From Octopus sinensis (Eukaryota): a DNA stretch of 12,954 nucleotides. The notes under the pieces are model-generated. The model was given only the letters and a program-made list of their open reading frames with translations, had not been told where the DNA came from and did not search any database. Position numbers and translations under genes: made by a program. Below, one piece after another: positions 9,452 to 12,954 of the stretch. The stretch's first letter is position 1, and every line of letters begins with the position of its first letter. The stretch lies in NCBI RefSeq assembly GCF_006345805.1, contig NW_021826422.1, positions 1-12,954 of the forward strand. The letters run 5' to 3'.

Positions 9452-10157
9452 TATATATGCGCATAATCTTATACCTATCAATACACACAGGCATATATAT
9501 ATATATATATATGTAGTGTGATTATTTATTTCTATATATGCATATATTAAGTTATTTATTCCTTCATGAGCATATTTTTATGTAGTCTATATGTGTATGT
9601 GCATACATTGTGTATATGAGTGTGTTGTGTGTATGTGTGTTGTTTTCAAGTGCTATGTATGTACGTGAGAGATAAATGTTTATTGTCTTTGATGCTGCAT
9701 AACTCTACTTTCATATTTTCAAACACACCTCTTAGATCGTAAACAAAGTGAAATCACGTGGTACGCTCAGCCTAAATCTGCCTGACCTGGAAATAAAAAT
9801 TCCTATAAAGAGAACAGAGAAGAAAACAAGCGAATAATACCATATGTTGCTTCATAGGGAATAATTCGTTTACGGTCAACTCATATTCTTCTATTGTGTT
9901 GTTAAAGAGAAAAACAACAGCAAACGATGAATATTCGCCCTATTTCTGTTTGTGATTTATACGCGTCGTTTTGTTTTCTCTTTTCCATTTTAACATTGTC
10001 TTTCTTAGTATTCTTTGGAGACTACCTAAACCTATTTCCTCTTCCGGAGCTGAAATTCTTTCAGGTTAGTAATTAAATAACTGTTCATATATAACGTTTC
10101 ACTGTAGAATGTTCAAATATAGCTTCAAGCTGCTGTGTATATGCAAGGATTAAAACG

Positions 10158-10428
10158 ATATCAAAACATTTGATACGTGCTTGTGGTATAAGGAGATTAA
10201 TACGGCGAGTGCATATTATAGGGAAAACGTGACGTATATCTTGGGGAATTAATTACACGGAGATATGCAGAAGTAGACGTGAGGTCGAGTCCCATCAGCC
10301 TTTCACTTATCTATTCAGATTTAACAATGAACCGTAAACGTTGCCTCAACGTCTGCAAGAACATATGTGAGGGCAAATATTATATCAAGAGATTTGCTAC
10401 GTGCTGGACTTGAAGGAGATTAATACGG
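10158..10428. repeat. diverged direct repeat pair (~48 bp, ~224 bp apart)
   Basis: 10158-10205 vs 10382-10428: first 24 nt are 21/24 identical; the last 16 nt (AAGGAGATTAATACGG) are identical. Confidence 0.7.
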
Positions 10429-10829
10429 TGGCTGAAGTCTCTACGTAAAAAAAGCTTAAATAAAGCGAAATGTTTAAAAGCTGGGAGTACGCAGGTGAAC
10501 GCAGGTTCCATTTCAGACCTCGTCGTATTATTATAGTTGGTTCTGTCATGTGACCGGCTATATATACAGACAACGGTGGTCTGTTTGTATGTTAACAAGT
10601 GTAATAATAAATATCTGCTCAGTTTATTTATTTGAAAATATAGAATTCAAGTAGGAGGTGGGAAAGGAAAAGGCAGAGGTATTTCAGGTGAAAGTAATTT
10701 AATCAATATGAGTGTATCTTAAGAAAAACGAAAGGAAATAATCGTTCATCGAAGTTAAAAATGTGACTAATTTTTGTTTTCGAAAATTAAGGCAACGTGT
10801 GTGCTTATTGGCGTAAAAGTATTTTATTG

Positions 10830-11050
10830 TTTACATTTTTTCAGTTATTGGATGGCAGCCATGATGGAGCACTGCGTTGAAGGGTTTTAATCAAACAAAT
10901 CGATCAGATTACTTGTTTGCTCTAAAGTTTGGTACTTATTCTGTTTGTCACTTTTGCCGAACCGCTGATGTTATGGGAGACGTAAACAAACCAATACTGG
11001 TTGTCAAGCGGCGTGTGTGTGAGGCAAAGACAGCCACAAAGACACACGCA
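10830..11050 (-). mobile_element. 3' half of SINE family C
   Basis: Reverse complement of 4000-4200, e.g. gccatgatggagcac, gtacttattct, cttttgccgaaccgct, gacgtaaaca, ggttgtcaagc. Confidence 0.85.
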
Positions 11051-11054
11051 CATT

Positions 11055-11079
11055 TATATACATATATATCTATATACAT

Positions 11080-11128
<49 letters not shown>

Positions 11129-11133
11129 TATAT
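11055..11133. repeat. (TA)n/(CA)n microsatellite
   Basis: Tandem repeats at the position of the internal microsatellite of SINE C. Confidence 0.9.
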
Positions 11134-11135
11134 AA

Positions 11136-11452
11136 GGAGCTCTCTGTCGGTTACGACGACTAGGGTCCCAGCTGATACGCTTGCTGATACAGCTTGCTCG
11201 TGAAATTAACGTGCAAGTGGCTGAGCACTCCACAGACATGTGTACCCCTAACGTAGTTCTCAAGGAGATTCAGCGTGACACAGAGTGTGACAAGGCTGGC
11301 CACTTTGAAATTCAGGTACTACTTATTTTTGCCAGCTTAGTGGACTGGAGCAACGTGAAATAAAGTGTCTTGAGCACAACACGTCGCCGAGAATTGAGCT
11401 CACGACATTGCGATCATGAGTCGAATGCCCTAACCACTAAGCCACGCGCCTT

Positions 11453-11454
<2 letters not shown>
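11136..11454 (-). mobile_element. full-length tRNA-derived SINE (head B + tail X)
   Basis: Minus strand begins TGAAGGCGCGTGGCTTAGTGGTTAGGGCA (A-box TGGCTTAGTGG). 11138-11319 matches tail X of 1695-1878. Flanked by tacacacacaca on both sides. Confidence 0.9.
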
Positions 11455-11484
<30 letters not shown>

Positions 11485-11654
11485 ACATGAATATAAGTCG
11501 AAAGAAATTGTTGGTATTTTTTTCTTTTATAATATAATATATTATATTATAGTATAAATAAATTGTTAGGTTGTCAATTCTATTTCTGTATTTAATTAAT
11601 TGTTTATATATATATATATATATTTACAATCCTATCTGATTTATATATTTGCCT

Positions 11655-11823
11655 ACTAGAGGCTTCCACACAATTTCTGTCCAGCATATTCACTCACAGG
11701 ACACGGGTCGAACCCGGGATGTCATTGAAGATACATGTGCAATATCTCTCACAATGAAGCAGAATCTAGAGCTGCGTGCTTACAAAACAGGAGCATCGTA
11801 ACTGCACAACAATACTTGCGCCT
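11655..11823 (-). mobile_element. highly diverged 5' half of SINE family C
   Basis: ggcttc...tttctgtc...cactcaca...gaagatac...cttgcgcct is colinear with the reverse complement of 3793-3955. Confidence 0.6.
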
Positions 11824-12145
11824 TTGGAGTGAATTAAAGCAAATCGACTGCCAAACAATAGCTGGGGCATGCTTAACAATTCAAGAACTCTGGAAGCCAT
11901 ATATGCCAGAAAAAATATGTCATTTATTTAAAGAAATAGACGTCCACACACACCTATCAATGAAGGTATCTTCCCGCTCATCTCTCTGTCTGTCTTTCTT
12001 TCTCTCTTCTCTCTTTATACTTTTTTGAAGTTTTCTCTGGTCAGCCAAAGCATGAACGGCCAAGGGCGAAACTTGAAGTAGACTATCAATATTAATGTTG
12101 CAATATATACATATATACACACACACATATAGATATATACAAAAA

Positions 12146-12184
<39 letters not shown>

Positions 12185-12354
12185 ATATGGTAAGCAGAGT
12201 TGGCGGTTGGGATAACCATCTAAGGGATAATAATATCTGTTCTTACTACCGGTATCATTTACATATGTCAACTCTGGGCATGAGCTTGCATTCACACTAT
12301 GCTCATATTTTACATGTAATAACTGAATAAACAGAATTTTATCAGGAATCAAAG

Positions 12355-12798
12355 TTTAAATAAAAATGGAGAAAACTTTTGATCAACAAACAAACAAATT
12401 GAACAACATGGTTTAATTATTTTAAAATACAAAACATAATATATGTTTTTACGGCCGTTTCGACCTCCTATGTCAGTCGGTGCTGATAAAGAAAATTCCT
12501 AAAATAATATTCGTCATCTTTGTAGCACATTCGATCTAGTACATTGAGCTTCATCATTCACCAGAGAGAATACAAATACATAAAATAAAAGAAGGAAGAG
12601 GAAAGAACAGGGCCTCGAGATGTGGCCAGATTGATCAATACATTAGAATGATATCATTTTGAAGTGTGAAGCATGAAGTCGATAGGCAGCCGAAACGGGC
12701 GTAAGAAATGTTATGTTATGTTTTGTAATAAGAAAATAGTTAACCGATGTTGGTTAATCTGTTGATCAAAAGGTTTCTCCATTTTCTGCTTATTTGAA
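12355..12798. mobile_element. third fold-back element with ~115-bp inverted arms carrying HHR 3' halves
   Basis: 12363-12388 vs reverse complement of 12760-12785 are 25/26 identical. Arms contain tacggccgtttcg (12450-12462) and cgaaacgggcgta (12691-12703), i.e. outward GAAA-CGG(C/G)CG-TA. Spacer is about 210 bp. Confidence 0.75.
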
Positions 12799-12801
12799 TG
12801 T

Positions 12802-12833
<32 letters not shown>

Positions 12834-12836
12834 TAC

Positions 12837-12954
12837 GTGGTTTTGTGGTCAGAGGCATGCTTCCAAAACACATGGTTCCGGTTTCAGTCCCACTGCGTGG
12901 CACCTTGCGCAAGTGTCTTCTGCTATAGCCTCGGACTGACCACAGCTCTGTGTG
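12837..12954 (+). mobile_element. 5' part of SINE family C, cut by the window edge
   Basis: cacatggttccggtttcagtcccactgcgtggcaccttgcgcaagtgtcttctgctatagcctcg is near-identical to 3835-3899. Confidence 0.9.

Noticed and set aside
12051-12084. GCC-aag-GGC-GAAA-CTTGAAG-TA hammerhead-like 3' half
   Set aside because: Upstream CATGAACG does not match CUGANGA and stem I is missing. It may be a relic but is not supportable.
300-12352. The ORFs in the supplied track as protein-coding genes
   Set aside because: They are short and mostly dominated by HT/VC/YI/poly-V runs from microsatellites, or lie inside SINEs or the MITE. I recognise no domain.
1-12954. CRISPR array or prokaryotic operon
   Set aside because: No regularly spaced repeats with unique spacers and no gene-dense structure; the composition is typical of animal non-coding DNA.

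Overview
AT-rich, microsatellite-dense, non-coding animal DNA. The SINE families look like the abundant repeats I recall from Octopus (cephalopod) genomes; this is recognition, not a database result. I find no credible intact protein-coding gene: nearly all listed ORFs are read-throughs of (CA)n/(TA)n tracts or SINEs. The window holds about 10 copies or fragments of tRNA-derived SINEs that share swappable head and tail modules, and one hAT-type MITE with 14-bp TIRs and an 8-bp TSD. The most striking structure is three fold-back elements (5539-5939, 6016-6278, 12355-12798). Their inverted arms carry divergently oriented, minimal type-I hammerhead-ribozyme (HHR) motifs or their 3' halves (CUGANGA...GAAA-palindrome-UH), as known from Penelope-like retroelement termini. 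The best case is a gapless 401-bp palindrome with a complete HHR consensus in each arm. A further isolated HHR-like motif lies at 9205-9256. A possible, very decayed type II membrane protein relic is interrupted by the MITE.
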